Source: Octopus sinensis (Eukaryota). From it: a stretch of DNA of 64,000 nt. The translations under genes and the position numbers were made by a program. Each line of letters begins with the position of its first letter. Positions within the stretch are counted from its first letter, which is position 1. Below are positions 50,697-64,000 of this stretch, one piece after another. The notes under the pieces are model-generated. The model made no database searches. It saw only the letters and a list, made by a program, of their open reading frames with translations, and was not told the origin of the DNA. The stretch covers positions 172,918,001 through 172,982,000 of the forward strand of contig NC_042997.1 in NCBI RefSeq assembly GCF_006345805.1. Direction: 5' to 3'.

Positions 50697-52159
50697 TTAA
50701 AAACCAACATTTTATATCTTAGTTGCTGTTGTTTAATTTCTAGTTAACTCTGATCAAGCAGGCCTATGATGGAAAGAAATTTCCAGCTATGATTTCCTCG
50801 TCTTTTAGTTATTCAAACAGTGTCTGTAGGATTGTGTTATCTAATGTCTTTCCCTCATTTAGGATGCAATTTGAGAGATACTGAGTTGCTGTTTCTACTG
50901 TTTCTAGCAGGTTGAGTGACTACATAGAGCCTCTGGTTGTTGGCTTAAGTACTGCTTATCTTATGTTGGTACAAATCTCTCATTATGTCATTCATCATAT
51001 AAAGTTTCGGCCAAGGTTTTAATTTGTTTATGAACACTTCATCATGAGTACTTTAAAGCAGGTTGACTCTGAGAGGGTTAAACAGGAGGTCCACTATTTT
51101 CAAATATAGAAATTTAGGCCTCATGTAATTTGTTGGGGATAGAAAAAAATTAACAGGGAGAAAAAAAAAACAAACAAAACAATAATGGTGGGAGGTGTAA
51201 TTTTTGTAAATAGCAGATCAGCTGACATGTATTCTTTGGCATTTGGTGAATAGATCATTGAATGGGCTAAGTTTATTTAAAACTGTGTTTAAACTTTAAA
51301 CAAAGGCATTCAGTCTGTGTAACCTTTGCAAAGGGCTAGTGAGTAAAGATGGGATTTAATTTAATTTGCACACTTAGCTTAAAACTAAAACTTTTTAAAC
51401 TTCCTCACTGAAATGGCAGTGCCATCTATTCCCCCAATATGCCAAGTGCAAACAGTATAAATGTCTGTCATATGAATGGCATGGCACTAGTTCCAACCAA
51501 TGTCCTTTCCTTAAATAGTTTTTAATAAAGAAATTCCAGTATTTAGTCATAGCAAAATAAATACCAAAGATAGGAGGTGAAAGGGAAATAAATACAGCAT
51601 TTTTTATCTTTTTTTTTTTGTAAAATATAGAATGATAATGGTTTCTCACATTGGCTTGTACTGGTAAAAGACAAAAAAATTACAGGTGGAAGTAGGGAAG
51701 ATGAGTAGAGTGTAGTTCAGTACACAACTGGTACTTACTTATTGGCCCTGAAAGGATAAGGAGCCAAAGTGTACACTTGTAGAATTTGAACACAATATCC
51801 ACTCTTCATCCATCCATTAATACTGTTCACTCTATCCACACTTCCATTGACCATTTCCCCAATGAGTCAACAATTATCCCCACACACACCACTATACATT
51901 CCTCACCACCATCATGCACTAAGCCTGCTTCTATTTTCCCACCTACTCCTGCAATTCAACCAACATCATCCCTCTCTTGTCCTTCTCCTGTCTACTCTAG
52001 ATCCTATCATTCAATCGCTCTCACCCTCTCTTCTAAAATGTAAGTAGTCGTGTAGTTCCTCTACAGCAAGAAGCCATCTCTCATATTTTTTTATCCATCC
52101 TTAGCCCCTCATCTTCAATCCCCAACAACTCTTTGATCATAACTTACCTTCAGTCAAGG

Positions 52160-52385
52160 ATACCTATTTCTTTATTACCCACAAGGGGCTAAACATAGAG
52201 GGGACAAACATGGACAGACATAGGTATTAAGTCAATTATATCGACCCCAGTGCGTAACTGGTACTTAATTTATCGACCCTGAAAGGATGAAAGGCAAAGT
52301 CATCCTCAGCGGAATTTGAACTCACAACGTAACGCAGACGAAATACCGCTAAGCATTTCGCCTGGCGTGCTAACGTTTCTGCCAC
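52160..52385 (-). mobile_element. SINE family 3 head and core with an alternative 3' tail
   Basis: Head and core match family 3, but the tail reads ...gtttgtcccctctatgtttagccccttgtgggtaataaagaaatagg. Confidence 0.75.
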
Positions 52386-52534
52386 TCACCTCACTCCAGC
52401 CAAAAATCAACTTTCTTGGTAACTTCAATATTCACTATACAACATGGCTCTCATGATCATCTTATATTCACACCACTGGTACAGAAACTGAAACATTTGC
52501 AATTTTTAGCTCTTGCTCTCTATATCTCTCTCCC

Positions 52535-52569
<35 letters not shown>

Positions 52570-52759
52570 ACACACAAACACATACTGAAAATCATAAAGG
52601 TATTGAAATTGTGAAGATTTTTGGTTGCTAACTGATGAGGAGTGAGCATGTCTATGTCTTTTGTGTCTTTTTTAGTTTTCTGTATGTTCCACTGTCATCT
52701 TTCCATACAACTGTTTACTGTCTGTCTATCTATTGATAGACAGATAGGCAGACATATAC

Positions 52760-52792
<33 letters not shown>

Positions 52793-55214
52793 TTTATGCA
52801 TGTATGTGTATATAAACACACACATATATACATATCATAGATTCAAATATTCATATATATATACCCATACATATTTATGCATACATACATGTGTGTGTGT
52901 GTAATAGCATTCAGATTCATCATATTTGCAACATAGTCATGTTCTACTTTGTGAAAACATGACTGAGCAAGAGCATGTATGTTTAGAGTGAAGTATATTT
53001 TCTACAAGTCTAATCACCAGCTCTGAAAAAATCAAGTAACCTCTGGCTATTGTGTGCTTGATAGATTCGAGGAGGATCTACTTAACTGTTGCTACCAAGT
53101 TGGTTTTAGGAAGCTTAACTTCTTCAGTTGTACCCATAGTATTTGGACACATTGAAGATAAAACACTTAAAGACATATAGCCACAACCACACATAGCAAC
53201 ATATAACGGTATAACTACACACAACTACAAATCTACACAAAACCATATTTGATATTTCAGATAAACTATTAAATATATTGACCTCTCTTACACACATATA
53301 CTTTCATCATTACTTCCACACATATGTATCAGGTACTGTTTAACTTCAATTATATTTTCCAAATGAACATAAAAAAAAGCCCCTATTCTTATACCAATAT
53401 TGCACTTTGGATGATTTATAAACTAAGAAAATATTCCTGCAATATCACAGAAAATATGATAATAATTCTGGTTTCCAACACAGATATAAGGCCACACAAT
53501 TTTGGCAGAAATGTAGTCGATTTAATTACTCTCCAACTTGACTGCCATATATATATTTTGAACCTCAGATGGGTGGATGGAAAAGTTGGCTTCACTGGGA
53601 TTTGAATTTAGAACATAAAGGGATAGAACTCAATACATGGTGCTGTCGAGGTGTCGAAGAGGGCCCTCAAGGTATAAAAATGTGAACAGAAATGAGTGAT
53701 AATAAAACAAAGAAGATGGGTGGCAGTTGTAAAAGTATACAAGGAGAAAGGCATTTTGTCTAGTGCCCTTCTGGTGCTGCTGTCATTAGTCCCACTGGCA
53801 TTTAAACTGGCCATGTTCAACCCCCAAAATTCTTTTTGTTCTATGTTCAAACTGGCCAGATCTATCATTCTAAAAATAAATTCAAATCACTAAAACCCAC
53901 AGCTATGAAATATTATCATCATCATTGTTTAATGTCTACCTTCAACGCTGGCATGGGTTGGATGGTTTGACAAGAACTGGTCAGGCAGGAGCCTGCACCA
54001 AACTTGTGTCTGTTTTGGCAGGGTTTTACAGCTGGATGCCTTTCCTAACACCAACCATCCAGCATGATTAATTCAAAACAATGTGAATGAATTAATATTA
54101 TATTTGACAGAGTAACTGAAATGCTAATGACTCAATATTTATTATTTTTTTTGTAAAGACTGAAGGCCTAATTTGCATGGAATAATGGTGTCATAGTTAA
54201 TTGAATGAATCGGCAAAAACAGTTTCAAGAAAAAAGCTAGAGAAAAAAAATTATCATATATACATGAGCAGTATTATCTGTTTAATTACTGATCATTATT
54301 AATGGTATATAAATAATGGTCTCTTGTCAACCACAGCCAACCTAAGCTAGTTTCAGCTGCCATACCTATCTGCTTGGTGGCTTTCTTCTGATGTCTGGAT
54401 TCCAGACAAGTTTACTATTGGAAATAGTATACAGGGAAGCCAATAAAAAATTCTGCAAATCCCTAACAATAAATAGTTACTATGCCATGAATTAGTTGAT
54501 AAAATCTACTTCAGTAGCTAAGTGGAATTTCATTCTTATCAATTCTGGAATGATAAAAACTCCATGGCCTACTTAGCAACACACACACACAAGACAAGAC
54601 AGACTTCTCTCAGCTACCAAATCCACTCACAAGGTTTTGGTGGGTTCGGGCTTTAGTAGATGATACTTGCCCAAGATGCCATACAGAGAGATTGAACCTA
54701 GAACCATGTGGTTGGGAAGTAAACTTCTTCCCACACAACCACATCTTTGCTTATGATGTCTTTAATTATAGATCTGCTTGAACAGACCCGACCTGGAGGT
54801 CAACAACAGTTTCTTTCATGGTTTAATGCAGATTCTATAATTGCAAGTGGAAAAAATATTTCTACCAATGATTATAAAGTTATCAATGACATTATTGTTT
54901 TTCATTTTTGGCTCAGCTAACACAGTAGAACTGTCACAGGTGAAGAAATGATCGACAATTAGAAAAGACTTGTTGAAAAGGCTGAAAAAGTTATATAGAT
55001 AAATATGTCATATATAAATATATATGCACTATAGATGCACACATTATATATAATACACATACATACATACACACAATTCAAGAGCATAGAAAAGCAAAAA
55101 CACTAGTAATTAATTAACTTTTAAACAAAAATAATACCACCACCTGTTGCCTGAAATCAAAGTAACTGTTTTTACATATGTATATGAAATAAAAAAAAAA
55201 GAAATAAAATATTA

Positions 55215-55604
<390 letters not shown>

Positions 55605-57442
55605 TTATATCTCCCTGACACCCTCTGCTCAGGACTTGACTGGCTTTTCTGAACTCTAACCTCAGAGAAATGAAAAGATAGACAAACACAGCAGGATTTA
55701 AACTCAAAATCTTATGGAAAAAAAAAAAAAAAAATTACATAAGTAAATGCCATAAGATAGTCTTATTTGTCGTCCTTTTAATTCTAGCACTAAAAAATTT
55801 TAATAATTGGTTCTTTATTTACAACAAAAGCAATGAATGAAGAGGGGGGGATATTATAAAAAGACAGGTAGTAAAAATCATTGAGGAGGAGGGTTACGTC
55901 AAGTGAGAAGAAAATATGCAGGTGTTGTAAAGGAAAATATATAGAATATTTTCTACCTCATTATCATCATTTAATGCCTGGCTTCCATACTGGCCACCCA
56001 GGGCAAAATAGGGCAGTCTAGCATTATGTAATTCACTTCAACATTAACGCAAGTGAACCTTCTGATTTTGATGTCTGAAGCAGAAGGCACGAGGTTTTGA
56101 GAGGATGGTGCATTGTCAGTTATATCAACTTCCAGTGCTCGACTGGCAGTTTATTTTATTGGTCCCCAGAGAAGTTAAAAGCATAAACCTCAATATTAAG
56201 GGACATAACTATAATTAACATGGCTTTTGAATGTTGTGTTTCATGTATTCACCTGATGAAAATGCTTTTTTCTTATGATGTCTCTATTAAAAATTTGTTG
56301 GAAACAGCTGTAGTGAATTGATACATTATCCACCTGTTATCTATTTATATATACTTGATCAATTAACAGTTGGATGAGTCACATTCATGTCATACTTTTG
56401 ACAGAATCATCCAGGTTCATTGCTTCACTGTACCTATAGTAAATACACTTAAAACCTGCTCAGGCTACACTTGTCTAGCAGTAAATTGTAACTACGGAAG
56501 CTTCATACAAAGACTTTTAACTGGCAAGTTTAAGTTATTTCTTCACCCTCATACACATAATATTTTATCCAGAAAGCAATTTATAATACCCATCCTTGAC
56601 TAAATGATAAAATGGATGCAAAAGAAAACAGTGATTACTTATATATGCATATCTGTACAATGATGCATATAAACACAGCTAATACAATTGAGATATGTCA
56701 CACCATAGACTGAAATAAACAAACATATATATGTAATTTTACACACACACACACTCGTACATCCATATAAATGCAGAAAGCTACCATATGATTAGAAGTG
56801 GCTATCGATATAGTCTCATTATTTATACATAATTAACTGCTGAAAAATAACATTGATTAAGTATAAATAAATAAAGCAGCTGATCTAATCAAATACCAAA
56901 GGTTACTATTAAGGAAAGAATAAAAGATTTTGGCCACTAATTTCTGATGAGAAACATGTGCACATTACAATCACAATTTTAAAGTTTGACAAGAATCAAC
57001 TAATTAAACACACACACACACACAGAGCATTAATTTTTCCATGCTAGTAAAATATGTTTATTTAATTGGTTTTAGATGATCTTCCTTATGCTTACCAACC
57101 GTACTACTATAAAATGCTTGAGCCAGTGAGAAAGCCTCTAAATGGTTGTGTGCCCTGCTAGAAATAGCAGCCAAATCTCCCTCATATAACACTACCCTAT
57201 AAAAAGATAAGGACACAGGATAATGTAGTCCTTGACACATACTTGAGAAACAAAAATGAAGTTTATGTTCACACCTGAAACGCCTTAGATTTGAAGTCCT
57301 CTCAATGAGATCTTTATCTGAACTTATAAACATAAACCACAACCACAAAAGTGGGAGTGAAACTGAAAATCTTTTTACTTTTTTAAATTTACACTGCTTT
57401 TATCATTTAGATAGGCTTTTCAAAGGAGCACAATATAATGAC

Positions 57443-57823
57443 TACCACGAAGTTTAGCCCTTTGTTCTGGTGGCTTACGTGCCTTGATGACCCTGAGAGC
57501 AATGCCAATGGAGCAAAAGCACCTTCTAGAACTTTCTATGCAGGAAAGGTCAAATGATAGACCAATATAGACTACATCTTCCCAGAGGCAAAAATGGGTT
57601 TGCATTGTGTTGATATCCCTAAAAAAGTTACAGAGGCACCAATGAAAACTCAACCAACTAGGCATAGCAGAGGAAGGTTTTCCCTCAGGAAAACATGAGA
57701 CAGTTAGTTGGAGAAACAGGGATCCAGTTGAAGAGAAGAAGAGAACTCAGCCCAGGATCAAGAACAAAGGAGAAAAGTTGTTGATGGCCTATGCTCCATA
57801 GGGAGTAAAATGCTTAGGTAAGT
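57443..57823 (+). mobile_element. Internally deleted RTE derivative (5' UTR-like part joined to ORF end) with 13-bp TSD
   Basis: acaatataatgac is duplicated at 57430-57442 and 57824-57836. The 3' part encodes AQDQEQRRKVVDGLCSIGSK, a typical RTE C-terminus. Confidence 0.8.
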
Positions 57824-58800
57824 ACAATATAATGACCAAAGTAAACTCTTGATCACAGCGTGTAGTTCAGCATCATCACTATTTAACATTAAGAGAGAGA
57901 GACACAGACAAACAGAGAGAGCAGGAGGGCCTCAACACCTATTTCAATCACTGTCTGTAATTTCTAAACATTTGCAAATACAGATAAGACCTATGATCCA
58001 AATAAACTGGTATTTATTTGGATCTTAGACTGATATTATAAACTGGTATTAAACTGGAATAAATTACAATGGAACACTAATCTATGACTCTCACAAATAT
58101 GTGCCATTTGAGGGATGGACTTCTAGTGGGGGTGAGTCCAGAAGCAAGGAAGCCAAGCAGATACACAAAATTCACATTTATTAGCATAGATTTCAAGTCT
58201 ACTCAAATCAGCCCTTACTATGTTCTATAAGACAGATTGGTCATGGTTGGAAGGACTCTGGTTACAAATCTACTTAAATCAGAGACGACATGAAGCCAAA
58301 CAAGAATGGCTACACATACACACACACACAACAGTGCTTTGGCATACTGACAACTGTAATGGCATATGAGAAAACTTTCTGACTCAACACATCTCCATTC
58401 AAACTTCTGTAGAGCCACTCATGGTTGTCTCCACAAAAGAAACAAAACATTAACAGCCAGAAGCCTCTAAATGTGTTTGTATGTAAATGCAATCATACAT
58501 CACATAGTCAGAGCAAAAAAGAATAGAAGTGTATACTCTACTGAACACACACAAACACAAAATGAAGGAAAACATAAAAAAGTCAAATTAAGCCTTTCAT
58601 ATACACGGAGAACAATATAAAAACAGAATAATGAAAACAAAACAATAATACATACACATACACACACAAAACCCCCAAATATGTAGGCAAATACATATTT
58701 GCAGAAATATTTTCTGGCAAGAAAAATCCCAATGACAACAAATACAATAAAAAAAAAAAAAAGGGAAAAAATATATTTTAAAAAGACCAGAGACTACTTC

Positions 58801-58871
58801 AAATAATAATAATGATAATAATGATAATAATAATAATAATGATAATAATAATAATAAAAATAATAATAATA
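58801..58871. repeat. (AAT/GAT)n microsatellite about 20 nt into the intron after the exon 4 donor
   Basis: Seen directly. Confidence 0.95.
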
Positions 58872-58889
58872 GACACCACAGATTCTAAC

Positions 58890-59080
58890 CTGGCATCTAA
58901 AAATCTGGATCGTAATATCATAACTGCTTCACATGTGCTTTGTTTCAACTGCATCTCAATTGCAGCAAATTTTTTCCGAATTATGCTAACCATCCGTTCT
59001 ATTTCTTTCGGAGCAATTGGACGAGTGCGACTTTGCTCCCGTAGTAAATTTATTACATGACTGGTAAATTCATTACACGC
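58890..59080 (-). CDS. PBX: PBX/extradenticle exon equivalent to PBX1 exon 4 (PBC-B domain), 191 nt, phase 0 to 2
   Basis: Translates [63 protein letters not shown](R). Acceptor tctgttgcag|GCG, donor AG|gttaga. Same 191-nt length and phases as human PBX1 exon 4. Confidence 0.98.
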
Positions 59081-59214
59081 CTGCAACAGATGTAAGAAAA
59101 TAATGAAAATTAGATATAAAATTTTAAAAAAATAAACATATAAAACTATAAGGGTAAATTTTAAAACTTTTTCATGCTTTCAAATATGCGTGTTAATTTA
59201 AGAAAAAAAAAAGG

Positions 59215-60050
59215 TGCTTAACTGATATTTATTGTATCCACTCCAAAATGATGAAAGGCAAAATTGATCTCAGAGGAATTTGAACATCTAAGGTAAATAA
59301 CCAGAGAAAATGCTTCTATGCATTTTTCTGACACTCTAACAATTTGACAAATCCATTGAATAATAATGGTTTAAAATTTTGCTACAAGGGGCAGAAATTT
59401 TGGGGAAGGAGACAAGTCGATTACATTGAACCCAGTGTTCAATTGGTGCTTATTTTATCGACTCCAAAAGGATTAAAGGCAAAGTCAACCTTGGCAGAAT
59501 TTGAACTCAGAACGTAGTGACAAGTGAAATACTACTGAGCATTTCGCTCAGTGTGTTAACAATTCTGCCAGCTAATAATAATAATAATAATAATAATGAT
59601 AATAACAACAACAACAACAACAACAATAATGGTTTCAAATTTTGCCACAAAGGCAGCCATTTTGGGGAGGGGAGGAGTTGATTACATCAAGCCCAGAGTT
59701 CAACTGGTACTTAATTTATTGACCCTGAAAAGAAAAATAGCAAAGTCGACCTTGGCAAATTTGAACTCAGATCGGAACGACAGGTGAAATACTGCTAAGC
59801 ATTTTATCAAGCATGCTAACGAATCTGCCAGCTAATAATAATAATGGTTTCAAAATTTGAAACAAGGCCAGTAACTTTTGGAGAGGGAGCAAAATCAATT
59901 ACATCAACACCAGTGCTCGACTGGTACTTGTTTTATCAACCCTGAAAGGAGGAAAAGCAGAGTTGACCCTGGCGGCATTTGAATTCAGAAAGATGGACAA
60001 AATGCTGCTAAGCATTTTGTCCAGTGTGCCAACAATTCTGCCAAACCCTG
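59215..60050 (-). mobile_element. Array of 4 co-oriented SINE family 3 copies
   Basis: Same units separated by (AAT)n/(AAC)n. Confidence 0.85.
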
Positions 60051-61537
60051 AGTACATACGAACAAAGTACTTTTGGCTCAACTTGTTACAGAATTAAATA
60101 ACAGCTTTGGAAAAGAACATTTATTTCTTTTCTAACATCTATTTTCAGTTAGGTGAAATAATAGTAAAGTGATGTAAGCTAAGCAGTATGATGCAGTTTG
60201 TAAGTTGCTCTATCAAATAAGGATTTCTTTTATTGCTCTCAATGGCCCCATGACATTGGGGGCAACACAAAGATCCCAACGATGAAGTATACACCCTCCA
60301 GCCCCAAACAGAAACACCAAAAAGAAGAAATGGCAAGAGATTTAGACTGAGTAAAAGGATGTACTCAACAAAATAATAAAGACTCAGATAGATAGAGAGT
60401 AGTGGTTACAGATTTTGCCACAAGGCTGGCAATTTTTAGTGGGAGGGGGTAAGTTAATTACATTAACGCCAGTATTTGACTGGTACTTTATTTTATCAGT
60501 CCCAAGAAGATAAAAGGCAAAGTTGACCTCAGTAGGATTTGAACACAAAATGCAGAGAGCCAGATGATATGCAACTAAGCATTTTGTTTGACACATTAAT
60601 GATTCTGCCAGCGCACAGCCTTAATAAATAGATAATAATAATAAATTGCAATACGGAACGATATCTCACATTGGCATTGGGGAGAAGGTTAGTCAATTAA
60701 ATTGACCCAGCACGTGCCTTGATTTGGCTGACTCCAGAGGAATAAAAGATTAACAGATAACTCCTTTTGATAATGAGGCACATGCTAAACTAATCTTGTT
60801 AACAGAAGAAAAAAAAAAGGGTCTTTATGTTGTTTATTAGTTACAGTTCAATTAACATGAGAGATATGCCAACAAACCATACAAAATGCTTTAGAATCAC
60901 ATTATTATCACGTGGGAAGGCTTTTACAGGAAGGCAAAGTTAAACACTTGAAAGATTTTGATGTAATGAAAATAATTTTTATATGAAATTAAATGGTAAA
61001 TAAACAAATTTATAAAATAAACCCACTACTAAAAGATGAAAGAAAGAGGAGTAATCTAGTTATAAAAGGCAATTATATAGTTGAGATTGAAGGTGTAATT
61101 TACAAGATGATAGATAATAGCAATTTTAATATATGTTAACAGGAGCACACTTGCAGCATGTAGAATGGGGTGATGGGCAGTCTTATAATAGATGTGCAAC
61201 ACAGCACTAAAATATCGCACACTAATCATGTATCCTAAGGAAAGGATAGAAGAATCAGGGGTAAATTATGTCCATAAGGGATGGAAGATGGGTATAGTTT
61301 TGTAGAGGAGTTGAAGTTGCGAAAGGAAACAGGTGATTTCTATTATAGTTTCAAGGTGGAAAATTATCGTTAGCAGGAAACAATTATAATCATTAGATGT
61401 GAACTCTCTGTACCCTTTTCGTATTTTATGATTTCAAATTCAGACTTCAATTTCCACCTTGTGCAGTGAGGAGATTGTTATTTCCCTTTATACTGGTGGC
61501 TATCCAGAGGGCTCAAACAGTGCAAAATTAGGTACTA

Positions 61538-61925
61538 TAGGTGTAGGAGTGGCTGTGTGGTAAGTAGCTTGCTTACCAACCACATGGTTTCGGGTTCAGT
61601 CCCACAATGTAGCAGCTTGGGCAAATGTCTTCTACTATAGCCTCGGGCCGACCAAAGCCTTGTGAGTGGGTTTGGTAGACGGAAACTGAAAGAAGCCTGT
61701 TGTATATATGTGTATATGTATATATGTTTGTGTATCTGTGTTTGTCCCCCCAATATCGCTTGATAACCGATGCTGGAGTGTTTATGCCACCGTAACTTAG
61801 TGGTTCGGCAAAAGAGACTGATAGAATAAGTACTAGGCTTACAGAGAATGTCTTGGGGTTGATTTGCTCAACTAAAGGTGGTGCTCCAGCATGGCCACAG
61901 TCAAATGACTGAAAAAAGTAAAAAA
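61538..61925 (+). mobile_element. SINE family 1, full length, plus orientation
   Basis: Head ggagtggctgtgtggtaagtagc...gggttcagtccc through to tail gctccagcatggccacagtcaaatgactgaaa. Confidence 0.9.
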
Positions 61926-63516
61926 GAGAAATAAACTCCTAAATTCTGCCAGCTTCCCTCTTAATAATAATTCTTTCTAATTTTTGGCACAAGGCCAGCA
62001 ATTTTCAAGGGAGTAAGTAGTTGATTACATTGCACAACCAGTATTAATTTCATTGAACCTGAAACAATGAAAGGCAAAGCTGGCCTTAGTGGAATTTGAA
62101 CTTAGAATGTAAAGCCAGAAGAAATGCCACTAAGCATTTTGTCCAGTTCAGCATAGCAACAATTCTGGTAGCTCGTTGCTACCAGAATAATAGAAAAAGT
62201 CGACCCGAGCGGCATTTGAACTCAGAATGTACCGACAAAATGCCTAAGCATTTTGCCCAGTGCAGTAATAATTCTGCCAGCTTGCTGTCTTAAATCAGGG
62301 ATACATATGAAGAATACTTTTGGATTATTCTGCAATTAAATACCTACTTTGGAAAGGAACTGGAATCTATCAGTTATGCAGAATAACAAATGTTCAATTT
62401 AACAAGACCATAAAATACCAGGTGCACCAGCAAGTTTTGAACTCATAACTTTGTGGTTCAGTCATATCCCAGTGTCTTAAATCCTAAAGTCAGCTGGAAT
62501 TCTAGTGTTATAAAATCTGATAGAATTTAGTTTGAATGGTGGCATAAGGTAAGAAATGGTAGAAGAACCATCTAAAGTAATTAGGACAATAATGACATGG
62601 AAATATCTAAAATGGAATATAGGAAGTGACTTTCATGGGAGAGGTAATGAAATGTAATTTATATCAATTCAAGCATAGAGCTAGTGTGCTTTTATTCTTA
62701 TAGATTATCTCATCTCAGATATCCAATTTCAGAAAATTCTAATGGTGCCGACTGCAGTCCAAATTCAACGGAGTGGAATATACCCACCCAACATTAGCAG
62801 TTAGCTAAGCACAATCAAATATCTTGTAATTCTAAACTTGCTTCAATTTGACAAATACTTTTATTAAAAGTTTTATATTTCGAAGGTTAGGAAACTTATA
62901 AATAATGGTTTGAAAATTTATGAAAGGAAAACAGAGAATAAAATTGCAAAGCCATCATATAATAATATTTATCTTTAACTATATTTGTTGCAGCTGGTTA
63001 AATTGATAGTATGTATACTTCTAGATTTTATCCCTGGTACTGTGCAGTATTCAAAGACAGTTCATTTCTTAACAAGTACTTAAGTTGAAACAAGAAACAG
63101 CTACACTAATACAAAACATGAGCCAACAAAAGAGTTTTTTAAGTGCTAGAAACAGCAACCAAATCTTTCCCAAATTAAACTAAACACTATCTTCAAAATG
63201 GAAAGGACAGATTAAATAATGTAATCACAGATATATCAATAAGGGTGTGAAGGTCACAGTTGAAACTTTATTTTTTGTTTTACTTAGAGCTGCTTGATCA
63301 AAACTGATTAAGATGTGGACAATATGTGTGGATGTATGTATGCATACGTAATTATATGTATATTATTAGTGTATTTGCACAAATGTATATGTGAGAGGGC
63401 TGTGGTCCCAAAGCCTATATTTGCCTTCACCCTCTCCACCATATCTTATCAACCAGTTGGTCACCTTCCTTCTTTCACTCATCTCCCTTTTGGTGTCTAT
63501 TTTAATTTAAATAGAC

Positions 63517-63723
63517 ACCGTCGCAGGTGAGCTGCAAGATGCAGGAGGAAAGAGTGAAAGTTGTGGCGAAAGAGTCGGCAGAAGTTCACCTTTACCTTCT
63601 GCCAGAGCTTCGTGGAGCTTAGGTGTTTCGCTAATAAACACACACATCGCCTGGTCTGAGATTCAAACCCGTGATCCCTCGACCGCAAGTCCGCTGCTCT
63701 AACCACTACGCTATGTGCCTCCA
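63517..63723 (-). mobile_element. tRNA-derived SINE
   Basis: The minus strand begins ggaggcacatagcgtagtggttagagcagcggac...gggtttgaatctc and continues into non-tRNA body sequence. Confidence 0.75.
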
Positions 63724-64000
63724 CTATACGTGTATGCGGATGTGTGCATGTGTGTGTAGAACTGTGCATACACATACAGGAGTTAGTGTGCCTGTAAGGA
63801 TGTGTCAGAGGTCAGTAGGTAGATAGCTGAAGAAGCCATAAATAAAAAGAGACAAAGAGAAAACAAGATAAGCAAGAGACAGAGAGTATTAAATTGCTGT
63901 CAGAGACAGTAACATGTTCAGTGTCAATTCCTTTGATTGCATGTGTATTAGACTATGTATATGCATGTGTGACTATATGGTATGGAGATTATATATGTAT

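Noticed and set aside
63660-63723. tRNA-like sequence (also the heads at 12645 and 61538)
   Set aside because: No complete acceptor stem, and each continues into SINE body sequence. These are not tRNA genes.
59081-64000. Search for PBX exon 3 (...ELEKYEQ)
   Set aside because: No matching minus-strand sequence was found. The upstream exons lie outside the window.

Overview
AT-rich, microsatellite- and SINE-dense animal genomic DNA. The repeat families look like those of Octopus (recognised from memory, not searched). The window lies in the 3' part of one minus-strand gene, a PBX/extradenticle TALE homeobox gene. Four coding exons are well supported, all with GT-AG sites: 58890-59080 (PBC-B), 55293-55428 and 30209-30356 (homeodomain), and 15691-15824 (LNGDSYQG...VGANVQSQ). 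Their boundaries and phases match human PBX1 exons 4-7. The introns are 3.5, 24.9 and 14.4 kb. The 5' exons lie beyond the window end. The true last exon is uncertain: the best candidate starts at 15524 and an alternative at 9022. The rest is intronic or UTR-like sequence containing several tRNA-derived SINE families, fragments of RTE, CR1-like and R4/Dong LINEs, TTAA-flanked and other MITEs (some nested), tandem repeats and microsatellites. The most interesting unexplained structures are two ~200-230 nt fold-back hairpins about 2.2 kb either side of exon 7, a 1.15 kb GTAACA/UGUUAC motif cluster just after exon 7, a candidate PBX-HOX plus MEIS autoregulatory element, a strong SINE orientation bias, and in-window evidence of SINE-LINE tail sharing. 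There is no CRISPR array, rRNA or genuine tRNA gene. None of the findings amounts to a demonstrated new system.
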